The notes under the pieces are model-generated. The model searched no databases. It was not told the DNA's origin and was given only the letters and a program-made list of their open reading frames with translations. From NCBI GenBank assembly GCA_012295275.1, contig CM022672.1:31186001-31250000 (forward strand): a stretch of DNA of 64,000 nucleotides. Direction: 5' to 3'. The position numbers and the translations under genes were made by a program. Origin of the DNA: Chrysomallon squamiferum (lineage: Eukaryota; Animalia; Mollusca). This document shows, piece after piece, positions 15,174 to 30,238 of this stretch (position 1 is the first letter of the stretch; the number at the start of each line of letters is the position of its first letter).

Positions 15174-18100
15174 TAATTAATTAATTAATTTATTTATATA
15201 TTTGTATTATTATTATATATATTTTTCCACATTATTGTAAATATTCAGCAGAACATGAATATTATTATTCTTTGGATTATTATTTGTTTTTACAAAGTGG
15301 AAATATGACTGTTTTGCTAATGTCACATTTCAGAGACGAACTAAACTCGTCTGTCTTAGTGAAAACACGTTCTTATTTAGAACATTACTTTTGATCCTCG
15401 ATTTCATGAACCTCGGATTTCTGAATTTACCAATTTGAACTTAGCGCTATTTTCCACTTGAAATGTTTCCTCTGTGTACTGTTAAGTTATTCTCACTATA
15501 GGACAGAGTTGGGTAAAAGGCTTTCCTTAAGTAAAATATTATATATTTAGCATCTTTTCCCTGTTTTCAGCAGTAAATATTATTTATGCACAGAGGAATC
15601 GAATTTGTGTTTTTGTGATATTAAAACACTCACATTTATTAAAGAATAATATTTTTTGATGGAGCCTTTGATACGAGGCCTGGGGCAAAAGGCCTACCAT
15701 AGAGTTTTTACCCACGCAAAATGTTATTGAGTGCACCATCATCTATTCTGTCACAAATCAAAACAAGTTATTAAATATAAAGCCAACAGATCCCTTCCTA
15801 CCTTCGCAATACTTTGTCAGTATATGACCATTCTTTAACCTAAAACATGAATAAAAAGTATTATACGAATCGGTAAAAAAAAAAAAAATTTCGTAAAAAA
15901 CTTACATGAGTTTCAGGTAAAATTTCGGGGTATGAGAGGAATATATACCTATGACGTCAAATGAATCTGATGATGTAGCTTCTGGTTTCAGTTCGTGTGG
16001 ACACTTTTCGTCTGCTACAAAATCAGTGGGCGTTTTACCCCAGGGTGGGGGGTACCTTTTGTCCAACTCTACCCGACGATCACTGCAGTGGTGACTGGAA
16101 TAAAAGTAACAGAAAAAAAGTCACAATTTAGTATAGGTTAAAAAAAAAATCACAGGAAAAAAGTGACAAAATATATGGGTTTGTAAAGTATTGAATGTGG
16201 CATCATAATATGCATGGGGTAAATTGTTAAGCTTATTGATTAGGATCAGTTAGGCAGGATTAAGTCTAGCTTAGATTTAAACAAAGGTTGTAAATGATTT
16301 ATAAAATGTTCCAGTTTCACTACATATTCTCCAGCTTGCTGTAGTGTCAGAAGTGTGTTTAATATGGAAGTTATTCATAGCAATAAGGGTGGTAACAAAC
16401 TCTGTTATTACGGGTTCATGTATACCAAACATGCAACTCGCAAAACAAAGTTGTGGTGGGAATGCGTCAAAAGATCTAGTTGTAACTGACAGAATGTCTT
16501 CGTGGTATTGGGTGGAACATCTGCCTAAACCACTAACGTTAAAATCAAATAACATTAACAAAACAACTCTGACAAAATGTGTTTAATTTATCTTTTATTT
16601 CTAATATATTTCTTAGATTTTAATTAAAAATTGTGACTTTTTTCCTGTGACTTTTTTTTCCTAGAATCGTCACAGTAAGTCTTTGTGAAGCTACTTTCCA
16701 GGAGTAATTTTTGGAGTTACCCCCCCAACAAACTTCACCCTGCCCAGCCTACATGTTTCTGTTGTACATTTTTCTTTACGTAATATGTATGACGTTTGTT
16801 GACATTGTTTTCATGTCTATATGTATTGTTCTTTCATTATTATATTACTGTGTAATAAAGCTGTTGTATGTACTTACTAAAGTCGCGATTTCCCAGACTT
16901 TCGCCATTTCAGATCCTGTTCTCCTCTGTTAGACAGTTAAATTACATTAGCAGTTACAAGGACGCCCAAATTTAGCAGATAAACATGTTGATATTAATTT
17001 TGGACGCATCCAATTTGTTTGGTAATATAAGTAAATATTTAATATAATTCTTGGATCCAGTATTCATGACAGAATTTAACGTTCATAATTATTAGTTTGT
17101 TTAATATCAGTTCATATCTAGCTCCTACTAAATCAGTGTTATTTAAATGAAATGTATTTTAGCAAATCACACAAATCACGCTCACAGAGACACCCACCGT
17201 GGGTGGCCCTCCGGCACATTTGTGTGACACACGTTTCATTTAAATAACAAAGACATATATACAATTAGAGCTTATATTAAAAAAAGCTAACTCATTTATT
17301 AAGAATAATATATATATTACAAAGAATAACTAGATTTGTATTTATTAGAAAGAATTATTATGATATATTAGAAAAAAAATTATATCATATATTACAAAGA
17401 ATAATTATATCATGTATTATAAACAATAATTATATCTTAAAGAATAACTGCATCATAGTCTGGAATGAATAATTTATATTAGAAAGAATAATAATTGTTA
17501 CGTGATTTTTCCTTATCATTAAAACAATACCGCATGACAAGTAGAAAGGAAATCTGGTTTTTTCTCCACAGTACAAATAACGCTATGCACAAATACCATC
17601 GTTTTCTATACATCGCGAACAAATCCAGTTTCTGATTACCATTCATTAATTAACGGTTATCTCTCTTTATTTCAACGAAATAAATCTTTAAATAATTTGA
17701 TACCTGCTTTAAAACAACGCTACATTATACAGTTGTCTCAGAGACAGAAATCTGATTGGAAAAATTATTAACAAATTCAATTCAATTTTGAAGGCTATAT
17801 TGTATAATATACAACTAATGTTATTTTGCCATGGATTTTTACTACTACTACTACTGCTGTTGCTTCCTTCTACTGCTGCTACGTCTACTGCAGCCACTGC
17901 TACTGCTGCAACTACTGCAGCTGCTGCGAATGCAACTGCAGTTGTTACCACTATTCAACCTGCTACCATTACTCAGCTACTACTACTACTACCATTACTC
18001 TGCTGCTACTACTACTACTACCACTGCACTCGTGGTGTCCATAGCGTTCATAAATTAATTAATTAATTTCTTCTTTTTTTTAAAATATTAATTAAAAAAA

Positions 18101-18434
18101 ATTTTCTTTTAATTAGTAACTTCACATGACTGTTATTTGTAACTTAAATGAAAACGATGAAAAAGTATCAGAAATCAAATTCAAATTAAATAAAACAATT
18201 AATTAATAACAGAAGTGAAATGTTCTCAGATCACGACCTTCAGATTCTCCGTCGAGGTCAGAAAACATGGAAAGATTGCGTCATGTGACCTGGTTTCTTT
18301 TTTTTTTTTTTTTCTATTAATAGACAAAACACGTGACCATGTACGCACGTAAAGTCAGCGCTCTTACAAGGTACTGCTGCACTTTGTAAACATTTGAAAA
18401 TAACAACGTAACGAAGAAACTGCGCGACGCTAAT

Positions 18435-18469
<35 letters not shown>

Positions 18470-20010
18470 GCTTCGTTATAAAACTAGTCATCATGTTATT
18501 ATTAATTACAGCTTTCAACGTCATACTGCCTTCTGTAGATGTACACTCGTATGTGTGTCTATTGGTCTCTTTGTATGTGTGTATGTCTCTCTCTCTGTGT
18601 GTGTGTGTGTGTGAAATGTACCGCATTTAGGCTAAACGAACTACACAATCAGGGCCTTTAAGAATGAGTATAACAAGAAATTCAATAATTCTGTTTTTGG
18701 CATATAAATCAAATTGTATTGCCTCGCCATTAAATACTGTTGTTTAACCAGAGGGGAAAAAAAAAAAAAAATAAAATAACTAGTATAAATAAATACAACA
18801 CACAGAAAATCACCCACACACACAAACACACTAACACACACACACATACACACATACAAACTTTCTAACATACATATTATAGAAACATACGTACACTGAC
18901 ATCATATATATTCAGAGACATACCTAAATATATACACACGTATACCCAACATAGCTATAATTAGGGATTCATATAAACACAAACATACAAATAGATACAT
19001 ACATACATACATTCATACAGACATACATACATACATACATACATATATGTATATATATATATGCACACACACATCCGACAGCGGGGGAAATAGGTGACAT
19101 CTGAGATGATTTAACTTTGTCGTCCTGCGCCAGTGCGTTCCTGAATATTGTCTATGTGCAGAGTCTATTCAGACGAACGAAAGACACAATATTCATTCCT
19201 AAATCCACACATAACAATCAAAAACTTTCAAACTCCATTTATTTATTTTATTACTTTTGATTACAATGTAAAAAATACGTGTCTAAATACATACATGCAT
19301 TCGAAAATTCGAAAATATTACATCTCCGCCACATTCATTTGTTTTTCTTATTTTCTTATTGTATATAGGGATCCAAAATGTATGTTTCTTTTTCTTCTTC
19401 TTCGGCTTACCTTAGTTCCTAAATATATGCATACATTCGAAAATTCGAAAACGTTAATTCTCATATATTATTATTATTATTATTATTATTATTTTTTTTT
19501 TTTTTTTTTTGTGCATATTTATCTAAAATATATGTTTCATTTTCTTCTTCTTCTTCTTTCTTCAATTCCTAAATACACACATATATTCACACAACTTAAA
19601 CACATTTATTTATTTATTTATTTTAATTTCGTTTTTTTACAACGCAAAAAAAAAAAAAAAAAAAAAATATTAAATTAAAATACATTTATTTTTCTCTTTC
19701 TTCTGTTTCAGCTTTTCTCAATACCGAGCCATCGAGGAGTAACTACTACGACGCAGAAATGTCTGCCTTCAGACGTCTGCAGTTACGTAACATCCTCCAG
19801 TCTCTAACCACAGACGCGAGTGATGACGTAAGACAGGCCCCGATCGACGAACAGTCTTTTGAATTCCTTGGCCAAGCAGACGTGAAGCGTTCCCTCTTGT
19901 GTAACACGCGCAGAATAACCATGGAGATGATTCGAGAATTTCTTAGAAGCGGACGGATATGTGGCTTTAGGGTAGCTACTTTTCGTTTCGGACTAGGCGG
20001 AAGGAAGTGA
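14434..20010 (+). CDS. Secreted neuropeptide/peptide-hormone precursor, 137 aa, 2 coding exons (14434-14548, 19712-20010)
   Basis: Exon 1 reads MKKDVLFSLLVLGVVCVSG-HYRTQRSRLTNVPRFVPSQ (signal peptide) and ends AAG|gtgagt in phase 1. Exon 2 follows a strong pyrimidine tract ttcAG and continues in phase 1: AFLNTEPSRSNYYDAEMSAFRR...GQADV-KR-SLLCNTRRITMEMIREFLRSGRICGFRVATFRFGLG-GRK*. Acidic spacer, dibasic site and amidation signal are all present. Confidence 0.8.
16097..16668. mobile_element. Putative non-autonomous DNA transposon with repeated subterminal inverted motifs
   Basis: Left end has aaaaaaagtcacaa / cacaggaaaaaagtgac; right end has the reverse complement ttgtgacttttttcctgtgactttttttt. 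Family not identified. Confidence 0.5.
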
Positions 20011-20298
20011 CGATTCGGCGGAAGAAGGATAATTACAACCCCCCAAAAAAAACCCCCAAAACATTACAGATTATAAGCTGTGATAAATCCAAAAGAGTTA
20101 CGTATTAAAAGAATATCACATTAAATAAATTATAATATTAAGTAACAATAATACTAATTAAACTAATAGAATTATGATTTTTGAGACATAGATAATAATA
20201 ATAATAATAATAATAAAATAAATAAATAAAAATAAATAAATAAATAAATAAATAATTTAAAATGGAATAAAAAAAAGAAGAAGAAAAAGAATGCTTTA

Positions 20299-20351
<53 letters not shown>

Positions 20352-21102
20352 AGAAAAGTTTGAATTATATTTTACGTCATAACAGTGAATGTATTTGATA
20401 AAACCGATGTGTTTGAAATCTTCGCTTGCAGTAAGCGAAACAGTCGTAAAATATGGATTCTCGGTAATCTTGTTTGTAATAACAAAATTTGTGTTACAGA
20501 AATAGTTTCCATTTCGCAAATTACAGACTTGAAAGAAACCCATTTATTACAAGCTTAAGAAGAAAGAAAAAGAAAAAAAAAATCAGATCGAAAGAAAAGA
20601 ACATGCTATGTGTTGGACTGCTTTTTAAAAAAAGATAATAATTCAGGACAATCCTGTAACTATAAATATAAGCACGCACACACACACAAACATTCATATA
20701 TATATATATGTATATACACACACATATACAGACAGACAGACACACGCACATACTCTATATAATGTAAGAGGAGTGTTTCAGTATAATTTGACTATTTTTA
20801 GCCGACACGAAGTTCTTGTAGAGGTTCATAATAAGATGCTACATTAAAGAATAAAGAATTAATATTATTATTATCATCATCACTGTTATTATTTGCATGC
20901 ACGCGATCAGGAATTTTATTTCCTTTTCGTGTTTGTTTGTTTTTTTTTTTTTTTTTTTTATGGTAGAGAGGGGGAGGCAGGCGGTAAAATTGATGTAATT
21001 ATATTTATATTTTGTATTTCAGATTAATTCAATGCCATCAAATTTTTTGGGATGGTATAAATGTAAAATGAGAAAAACATTAAGCGTGGGAGAGTTGGTG
21101 CA

Positions 21103-21176
<74 letters not shown>

Positions 21177-21991
21177 TTAATTCATATAACTGACACAGTG
21201 TTATAACGAGTTTTATTTTAAGTGTTTGCTAATCTTTTAATTGCTTTTTGGTTTAGGGGGAGTTTATTTATTTTATTTATTTATTGATATTATAACAAAA
21301 TGAACAAATTATCTTCGCGACTTAAACGCTATATTTACTTAGATATCCTTATTAACCTGCTGCGACCCAGATTCTCCCCCCACACTTCGTAACGATGTTT
21401 GATGCCGAATCCTCTTTATCTAAATATACGTAAATATACTTCGTTTGACCGCTTTGCCGCCATCCAACAAATCTGCCTCCGCCATCCGGCGAAACACTTA
21501 CATGTAAACAGAAACCAAAATTATCCGATAAACCGCTATATCATCTGGTCCATAAATAAACAACAACAACCACAACGACAACAAAAAGAAGAACTTATTT
21601 TGATACTTTAGGACCTTCCCATTATAAACTGCTTGGTAAGTTACAAATAAAAAGAAATGTTAGTCAACTGTATGGAAAATTACACGCGTTGTGAATGATG
21701 CAGTGATTTAACATTTCTTTTTCTTAAATTCGTCCGTTACTACGAACTCACCAGCTTCGCCATTAATGAAAGTAGAAGGCGACTCTGTCATAGCATCTTT
21801 CTTTTTTACATAGTTTCTGACGACATTTATTTAGACTTTGGACAATCTACACTTATATATCACTCTTCAAAATGGCTGACTATTAACATTTTTGGTTTTA
21901 TTATTATTATTAATATTATAATTATTGTTATTAATATTATTATTCTGTGTTTGTTGTTTTTATTTATTTTTTGTTTATTTAATATTTATTC

Positions 21992-22046
<55 letters not shown>

Positions 22047-23064
22047 CTTTGTTGTTGCTTTTATTTTTTTAAATTTATTTAATATTACATTTTTTTTTTT
22101 TTTTTTTTTTTTTTGTTCAGTTTCAGATAACAAAGTTCACGGCATAAACAGATTTTAGAATTTAGACAAAAATAATTATTCTAATTTTAAAGACATGTCA
22201 AAACGATTAACAGAAAAAACTAAAACTTTTCAAACATATATAAGTATTTATTCAAATTTTTCGATTTTTAACATATGATATATACTAATTCCTTTTCAGT
22301 TTGTAAAGGCACACGTAAGGACTTTGATACACCGGAATATGTTTCAGTTTCTATTCCATTAGAAATAACATCTATAAAATTAAGATACAATTTGAAATGT
22401 ATAATCACATGATTAATAAAAATACATCTGAGAAATATTATTCTCTGCATTTAATTAATAATTATAGTAATATCTGTGTGTGCGTGCGTGTGTGCGTGTT
22501 TGTCTGACAAATTAAAAAACCACAAAACAACAACAACAAAGAAAACATTATATACCACAGAAATAATAAAAAATTATAACATGATTATTTTACAATTTGA
22601 AATGAATAATTACATGATTAATAAAAATAAATAAATCTCAGAAATAAATCTCTGCATGTAATTAATCGTTATAGTAAATGTATCAGTTCATTGAGCGAGG
22701 TGGTTTTGAAAAAAATCACATAAATGATAAAAATATTCGTTGTATTCCATCAACAGTCTAGGAGCAGAGAATGAAGTGAGCTCAAATCGTTTTGTAATGA
22801 TGTCAATAACTCACAGTGCTGTTTGTTAATAAATTCATTTAATACATGCCTTTATGTATTAAGACATTATTAAAATATAAATAAATAAATAAATAAAATA
22901 ATTTTTTTTATTATTTTATATATTTTTGTTTTTACATTAAACTAAGATATCAAATAAAATCTGTGGTTAAGTAAAATTATGTAAACGTTTATGGTTAAAA
23001 CATTATTTTATTAAAAATCATTGTTGGTAACACTGAACATACCACAAAAAAAAAAAAAATAATA

Positions 23065-23099
<35 letters not shown>

Positions 23100-23757
23100 T
23101 ATAATAATAATAAAATAAATAAATAAATAACACAACAACAAAAAAAAAAATAATAATAATAAAAATAAAAAAAACACTTTATAAAAACAAAAACAAAAAA
23201 CGTTTATCATTGGTTCCATCCTGAGTTACAATTTAAAATTAATGTAAATAAATTATATTCAAATTAAATTCAAATTACGGAACATTTCAACACAATGTAC
23301 AATTTATTATATAAAATGCATGACAACTACCCAAGCGGATCTTCTACACTATGAAAACAACAATTGTTATTAAATAAACAATTAAAATAATAACAGACTG
23401 TTTTCATTAGACTGAATAAAATTCATCTATCCATAGTACATGATCCAAAACTAACTGCAAATCGTAGAAGAAAAAAAGGATATTTAATGATAGAAATAAC
23501 AATTCAAATAATAACAAGCCACTTTTAATTAAGTTGAATGAAACTCTGATCTTTCAAACTAACTGTAAGAAAAGATTTTTTTTTTAATTACAGTAATAAC
23601 AATTAAAATAGCGACAGTTAGTTTTAAAAAAACTGATAAACATATCTGTTCTTGGCACGTAACACAAACTGACTGCAAATCACAGTTTTTAATTACTTTT
23701 ATTTGGCGGGGAGGGATGACGTCATTATCACGTCATGACATGAAAATGTCAGCAAGT

Positions 23758-23864
23758 TTACACTCCGTTACCAACACGCTTTACAAGTCTGCCATCTCCA
23801 ATCAGTCGACTTAAAGTCTGTAGCCGAATTTTGTAGTGGTCAATGTTCACGTAGGTTCCCTGTA

Positions 23865-23923
<59 letters not shown>

Positions 23924-24186
23924 TATATATTTATATATATATTTTTAAAATATGGATTTCTGAATGAAAGAAATTCAAAAACAAAAGAAAAACAGCTTTT
24001 CAGAAATTAAATTCAAATGAATTTTGAAAAATGACATCAGAAGGAATTTTGTAAAATGAACTCCAAATGAAATTTAAAAATAATATATGAACTTAATATT
24101 GATTTCGAAAAATGAACATCAGATTGTGTTTTTGAACCTGAAGAATAAATTAAATTAAAATAATAATAATAATAATGATAATAATG

Positions 24187-24233
<47 letters not shown>

Positions 24234-24490
24234 GTAAAAAATGTATAGATTATTGAGTGAAAGAAAGAAATCAAAGCAAAAAAGGTTGAAATTACCTGTA
24301 AAAATCGATCTCCTCCGTTCAATTGAAACCGACTTCGGTCGTGAACCATTCTTCTGTTGTTAAACACAATTATCTCACCTGGCTTCAGTCTCTTCTTCAG
24401 CTAAAAAATACCCAAATCAAACATATACAACAATTTATTTTGTCTGTGTATATGAGTGTGTGTGTGTATATGTGTGTGTCTGTATTTGTT

Positions 24491-24553
<63 letters not shown>

Positions 24554-24574
24554 ATGCATTGTGCATAAACATGA

Positions 24575-24606
<32 letters not shown>

Positions 24607-25571
24607 GTATTCATATATATTAGTCGTATATTATGTGTTTCTGAGTTTATATGTAAAATATGTGTATGTGTATGTCTGTGTGTGTCACTGAGTGTTTGTG
24701 TGTGTGTGCGCGTGTGTGTGTTTTACTTACAGGGAAAGAAGAGTTCTCAATTATTTTAGCAAACTCTGTATAAGCCTTGTAATATTTTTCAACTTCATCC
24801 TAAAACGACAAAAAAAAAAAAAAAAAAAAAAAAACGTTAAAAACTGCGCGACAGTAATACGACATACACAACAAGATTTAATCGAAAATATCTCGCTGTT
24901 TCATCCAAATCACGTGTTCAGCCGCGAGGCAGTCTGAATTTATTAAGGATGATAATAAAACAGATTCTGACTTGCAAACAGTGATCTAATCCTTATTTGT
25001 TAAGTTAAGTAACGTATTAGACTGAGTCAGGTACGTATTAGACTGAGTCATGTACCAACGTGATTAACGTATTTTGCTTGTTCATTCTCTGCTGGCAAAA
25101 ACTAATCAAAGTGTTGGTATATTATTTATTTTCTGTTTCTGTTGTTCTTTGTGGCATGATCTAGTGATGTTTATTTCGTACCATATCAACTGCAAGAGCT
25201 CCTTCTAATGCTGGTCCCCAGTTTATTCGGACGATCTGAAATTAAATTTCGAAAACTAAATCACAAACATGTTTATGAGCATCAAAAAAAAAAGAAAAAC
25301 GTAGAAAAATTCTAAACACAAAGACATTTTTAAATGTTGAATCCGTAGATAGATAGAAATAAAGCCCAAAGTTTATGTCTTTCACAGATAGATTAGGAAT
25401 GGTTTATTATAATAATGTGATTTATAATAAAACTATGTGAAGTTCATTATTGTTTGAATTACAGTAGAGATTTTACACACGAACTAGATATAGTCCATTA
25501 TTATTTGGACTGAAATAGAAAGAAAATGTTTACAGTTAGACGACATATAGTCCATTACTGTATGGACTAAA

Positions 25572-25609
<38 letters not shown>

Positions 25610-25610
25610 C

Positions 25611-25646
<36 letters not shown>

Positions 25647-26545
25647 TAAACAATGGATTACCTCCTGTCTCCTATTTAAAATAATGTGTGGCTGATGACG
25701 TATCACTTCCACTGGCAACTTTCTGTAACAATGAATGATTAAGTCTTTTACACTAATACATCAATGAATAACTCTTTTACACCAAAAGATTATCATTGAA
25801 TAACGCTTTAACACCAATACATTATGAATAAATAACTCTTTTGCACCAATACATTATGAATGAATAAATTGTTTACACCAATACGTTAGGGATAACTCTT
25901 TTACACCACTACATTATGAATGAATAACGCTTTAACACCAATACATTATGAATGACTAACTCTTTTGCACTGATACTTTATGAATGAATAAGTCTTTTAC
26001 TCCAATACATAATGAATGAATAACTCCTTCACACCAAAACTTTATGAATAAATAACATTTGGACAATAACAGATTATAAATGATTAACTTATTACACACA
26101 AATAAATTGTGAATGAATAATTCTTAAACAATAATAACATATATAAATAACTCTTACAGAATAATACAGTATGAATAACTAACTGTAACATCAATTCAAT
26201 AACAGTTTTATCCACACTGCGGCAAACAATACAGTAACTAATTCATTCCAAGTTTTTTATGATGGCGTTTTTTTTTTTTGTTGTTTTTTTTAACTGTTTA
26301 AGAAGTCCTATTTTATAAAGGATTTTAAAAATTATTTTACACCTCATACCTGTCATAATGTATTTCTTGAATCGTTGCCGGGATTTGAACCAGTGTCTCG
26401 AATAACTCGGGGTGTGTTTTGCGAAACTCTTCAGCCACTCTGAACATGTCCAGAAATTTGTTTTCTCCTCCAGTGACACACTCGTCAAATCTGAAATAAA
26501 AATTTCTAACATGATTATCACCACTCTACCACAGACAACATCCTA

Positions 26546-26638
<93 letters not shown>

Positions 26639-26639
26639 G

Positions 26640-26672
<33 letters not shown>

Positions 26673-26761
26673 CAACAACAATAACAGTAATAATAATAAT
26701 GATGATGATGATTATGAAGATGATGACAATAATAACAATAATAATAATAATAATAATGATG

Positions 26762-26806
<45 letters not shown>

Positions 26807-26827
26807 GTAATGATAATGATAATGATG

Positions 26828-26863
<36 letters not shown>

Positions 26864-27360
26864 TAATTATGGTGATTAAGATGATAAAAATGATGTGATT
26901 ATAATTGTACTCATCTAGTATTGCTTTTACCTTATTTTTATTTTTTTTTTTGCGTAATCTTCCAAACAAAATTATATCAATGACGTCATTTATTAGCTAT
27001 ATTTGACATAACTATTTTAGAAATTAATCAAGTTTTTTTATCTCTTATTTCCTGATTATTCCATTTTTTACTTTCTGTTCATCTTTTTGTAACATCCCAC
27101 TAGCGTATGTAAATCATACGTTTAATGCATTCCTAAGTTAACAGAAATCACTAAAGCCAGAAGTTGACGTCTTCTGTTGTCTAGAAAGTAATGATAATAT
27201 TACTAACACTATTATTACACAAAGATCAAGTTTATTATTATTATTATTATTGTCATTATTATTATTATTACTATTGTCATTATTATTATTGCTATTGTCA
27301 TTATTATTATTATTATTATTATTACTATTGTCATTATTATTATTATTATTATTGCTATTG

Positions 27361-27395
<35 letters not shown>

Positions 27396-27435
27396 GTTTT
27401 TGTCATCATTAATATTATTATTATTTCTGTCGTTG

Positions 27436-27477
<42 letters not shown>

Positions 27478-28857
27478 AGAAGTCGATCACAAACTAATAC
27501 CAGTGACTTTCATTTGAAATTACTTTCTTGACAAAATATTTTTTGACAACCAACTGTCATTATTTAAGAAATACAAATTTTCTCTGATATCAACTTGATA
27601 CAAAACAAATTTGAAATACTGGACTATTACAAATGGTTAATATAAAATACATGTCTTTTTCGATATCAGATAAATATAAATTTTAAAACCAAACAACCAA
27701 CCAATATTACTTATGTAATAAATCTATATAAACATTGGGTGTCATGCAGTTCTAGGTTATGAAATACTGAAACATTACCAACATTGAAAACGCTACAAAT
27801 ACTGGAATATTACAGAAGATTAATATAGGTTTTCAGAAAGAATGATGTGAATTTCGTTCTAGTTTCAGTAACATTACAAACAATGAAAGCATTTACACCT
27901 CTGGACTATTACAAATTTACTAAAATAATGATGTTCATTTCACCCTCGTTTGAGTCTTTATAACAGTTAACAAAAAAAAAAAAAATTTATTCTTTGCACT
28001 GAAAATGTTTTTTAGAAAAACAAACCTAATAACATGAAGCATCTGAATTCCAGGAGGTGACTCATAATGAATAAGATCCATGTGATAGTCAATTTCTGAG
28101 TCAGAGTAGGCAACGTTGATAGCATCGGATGTTATCTTCACATCAAACACCTGAAAAACAAACATGTCACTTTTACTGTCCTAACACTCTACTGATACTG
28201 TTATTGTCAAAATTATTATTTACTACTACTACTACTACTACTACTAGTTACTAGTAAAAAACAAACCTGTAAGTAATAGCGTCCTAACACTCTACTGATA
28301 CTGTTATTGTCAAAATTATTATTTACTACTACTATTATTATTACTATTAACTACTACTATTGCTACTACTACTACACTTGAAAAACAAACATGTAAATAT
28401 TACTGTCCTATAACTGGTCTTACTAATATGTCTGTCAAAATTATTATTTATTACTACTATTATTATTATTATTATTAACAACTACAACTGCTACTACTGC
28501 TACTACTATTGCTACTACTACTACTGCTGCTGCTACTACTACTACTACTACTACTACAAATATTAATATTACTACTACTACACCTGAAAAACAAATATGT
28601 AAATATTACTGTCCTAACAGTCCATTTCTCCTGCTGGTCTTACTTGTATTGTTATCAGCATCATTATCAGCATCATTGCTTTGCTACTACTACTACTACT
28701 ACTACTACTGCTGCTGCTGCTACTACTACTACTACTACTACTGCTACTACTACTACTACCCTGAAAAAAACAAACATGTAAATATTACTGTCCTAACAGT
28801 CCATTTCTCCTGCTGGTCTTACTTGTATTGTTATCAACTGTATTTATTTACTACTAT

Positions 28858-28902
<45 letters not shown>

Positions 28903-29013
28903 CCTGAAAACAAACATATAAATATTACTGTCCTAACAGTCCATTTCTCCTGCTGGTCTTACTTGTATTGTTATCAACTGTATTATTTACTACTATTACT
29001 GCTGCTGCTGCTG

Positions 29014-29080
<67 letters not shown>

Positions 29081-29174
29081 CCTGAAAAACAAACATGTAA
29101 ATATTACTGTCCTAACAGTCCATTTCTCCTGCTGGTCTTACTTGTATTGTTATCAACTGTATTATTTACTACTA

Positions 29175-29265
<91 letters not shown>

Positions 29266-29359
29266 CCTGAAAAACAAACATATAAATATTACTGTCCTAA
29301 CAGTCCATTTCTCCTGCTGGTCTTACTTGTATTGTTATCAACTGTATTATTTACTACTA

Positions 29360-29391
<32 letters not shown>

Positions 29392-29538
29392 ACTACTACT
29401 ACTACTACTACTACTACCCTGAAAAACAAACATATAAATATTACTGTCCTAACAGTCCATTTCTCCTGCTGGTCTTACTTGTATTGTTATCAACTGTATT
29501 ATTTACTACTATTACTGCTGCTGCTGCTGCTGCTGCTG

Positions 29539-29587
<49 letters not shown>

Positions 29588-29708
29588 CCTGAAAAACAAA
29601 CATGTAAATATTACTGTCCTAACAGTCCATTTCTCCTGCTGGTCTTACTTGTATTGTTATCAACTGTATTATTTACTACTATTACTGCTGCTGCTGCTGC
29701 TGCTGCTG

Positions 29709-29748
<40 letters not shown>

Positions 29749-29863
29749 CCTGAAAAACAAACATGTAAATATTACTGTCCTAACAGTCCATTTCTCCTGC
29801 TGGTCTTACTTGTATTGTTATCAACTGTATTATTTACTACTATTACTGCTGCTGCTGCTGCTG

Positions 29864-29921
<58 letters not shown>

Positions 29922-30015
29922 CCTGAAAAACAAACATGTAAATATTACTGTCCTAACAGTCCATTTCTCCTGCTGGTCTTACTTGTATTGTTATCAACTG
30001 TATTATTTACTACTA

Positions 30016-30079
<64 letters not shown>

Positions 30080-30164
30080 CCTGAAAAACAAACATGTAAA
30101 TAATACTGTCCTAACAGTCCATTTCTCCTGCTGGTCTTACTTGTATTGTTATCAACTGTATATT

Positions 30165-30238
<74 letters not shown>

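Noticed and set aside
17137-17249. 16-bp inverted repeat (tgttatttaaatgaaa / tttcatttaaataaca) around a GC-richer core
   Set aside because: Probably a small MITE remnant, but too short and AT-rich to classify.
17788-18066. ORF with hydrophobic start and Ala/Thr-rich tract (mucin/antifreeze-like)
   Set aside because: Degenerate (CTA/CTG)n repeat inside the prepropeptide intron; TTG start, no splice support.
26243-26524. ORF-track proteins ...TNFWTCSEWLKSFAKH... (also 51374-51562)
   Set aside because: Wrong-frame readings of dioxygenase exon 10; the correct frame is FDECVTGGENKFLDMF.
26545-27531. Poly-N, poly-I, poly-Y and poly-L ORFs
   Set aside because: (AAT)n microsatellites inside an intron.
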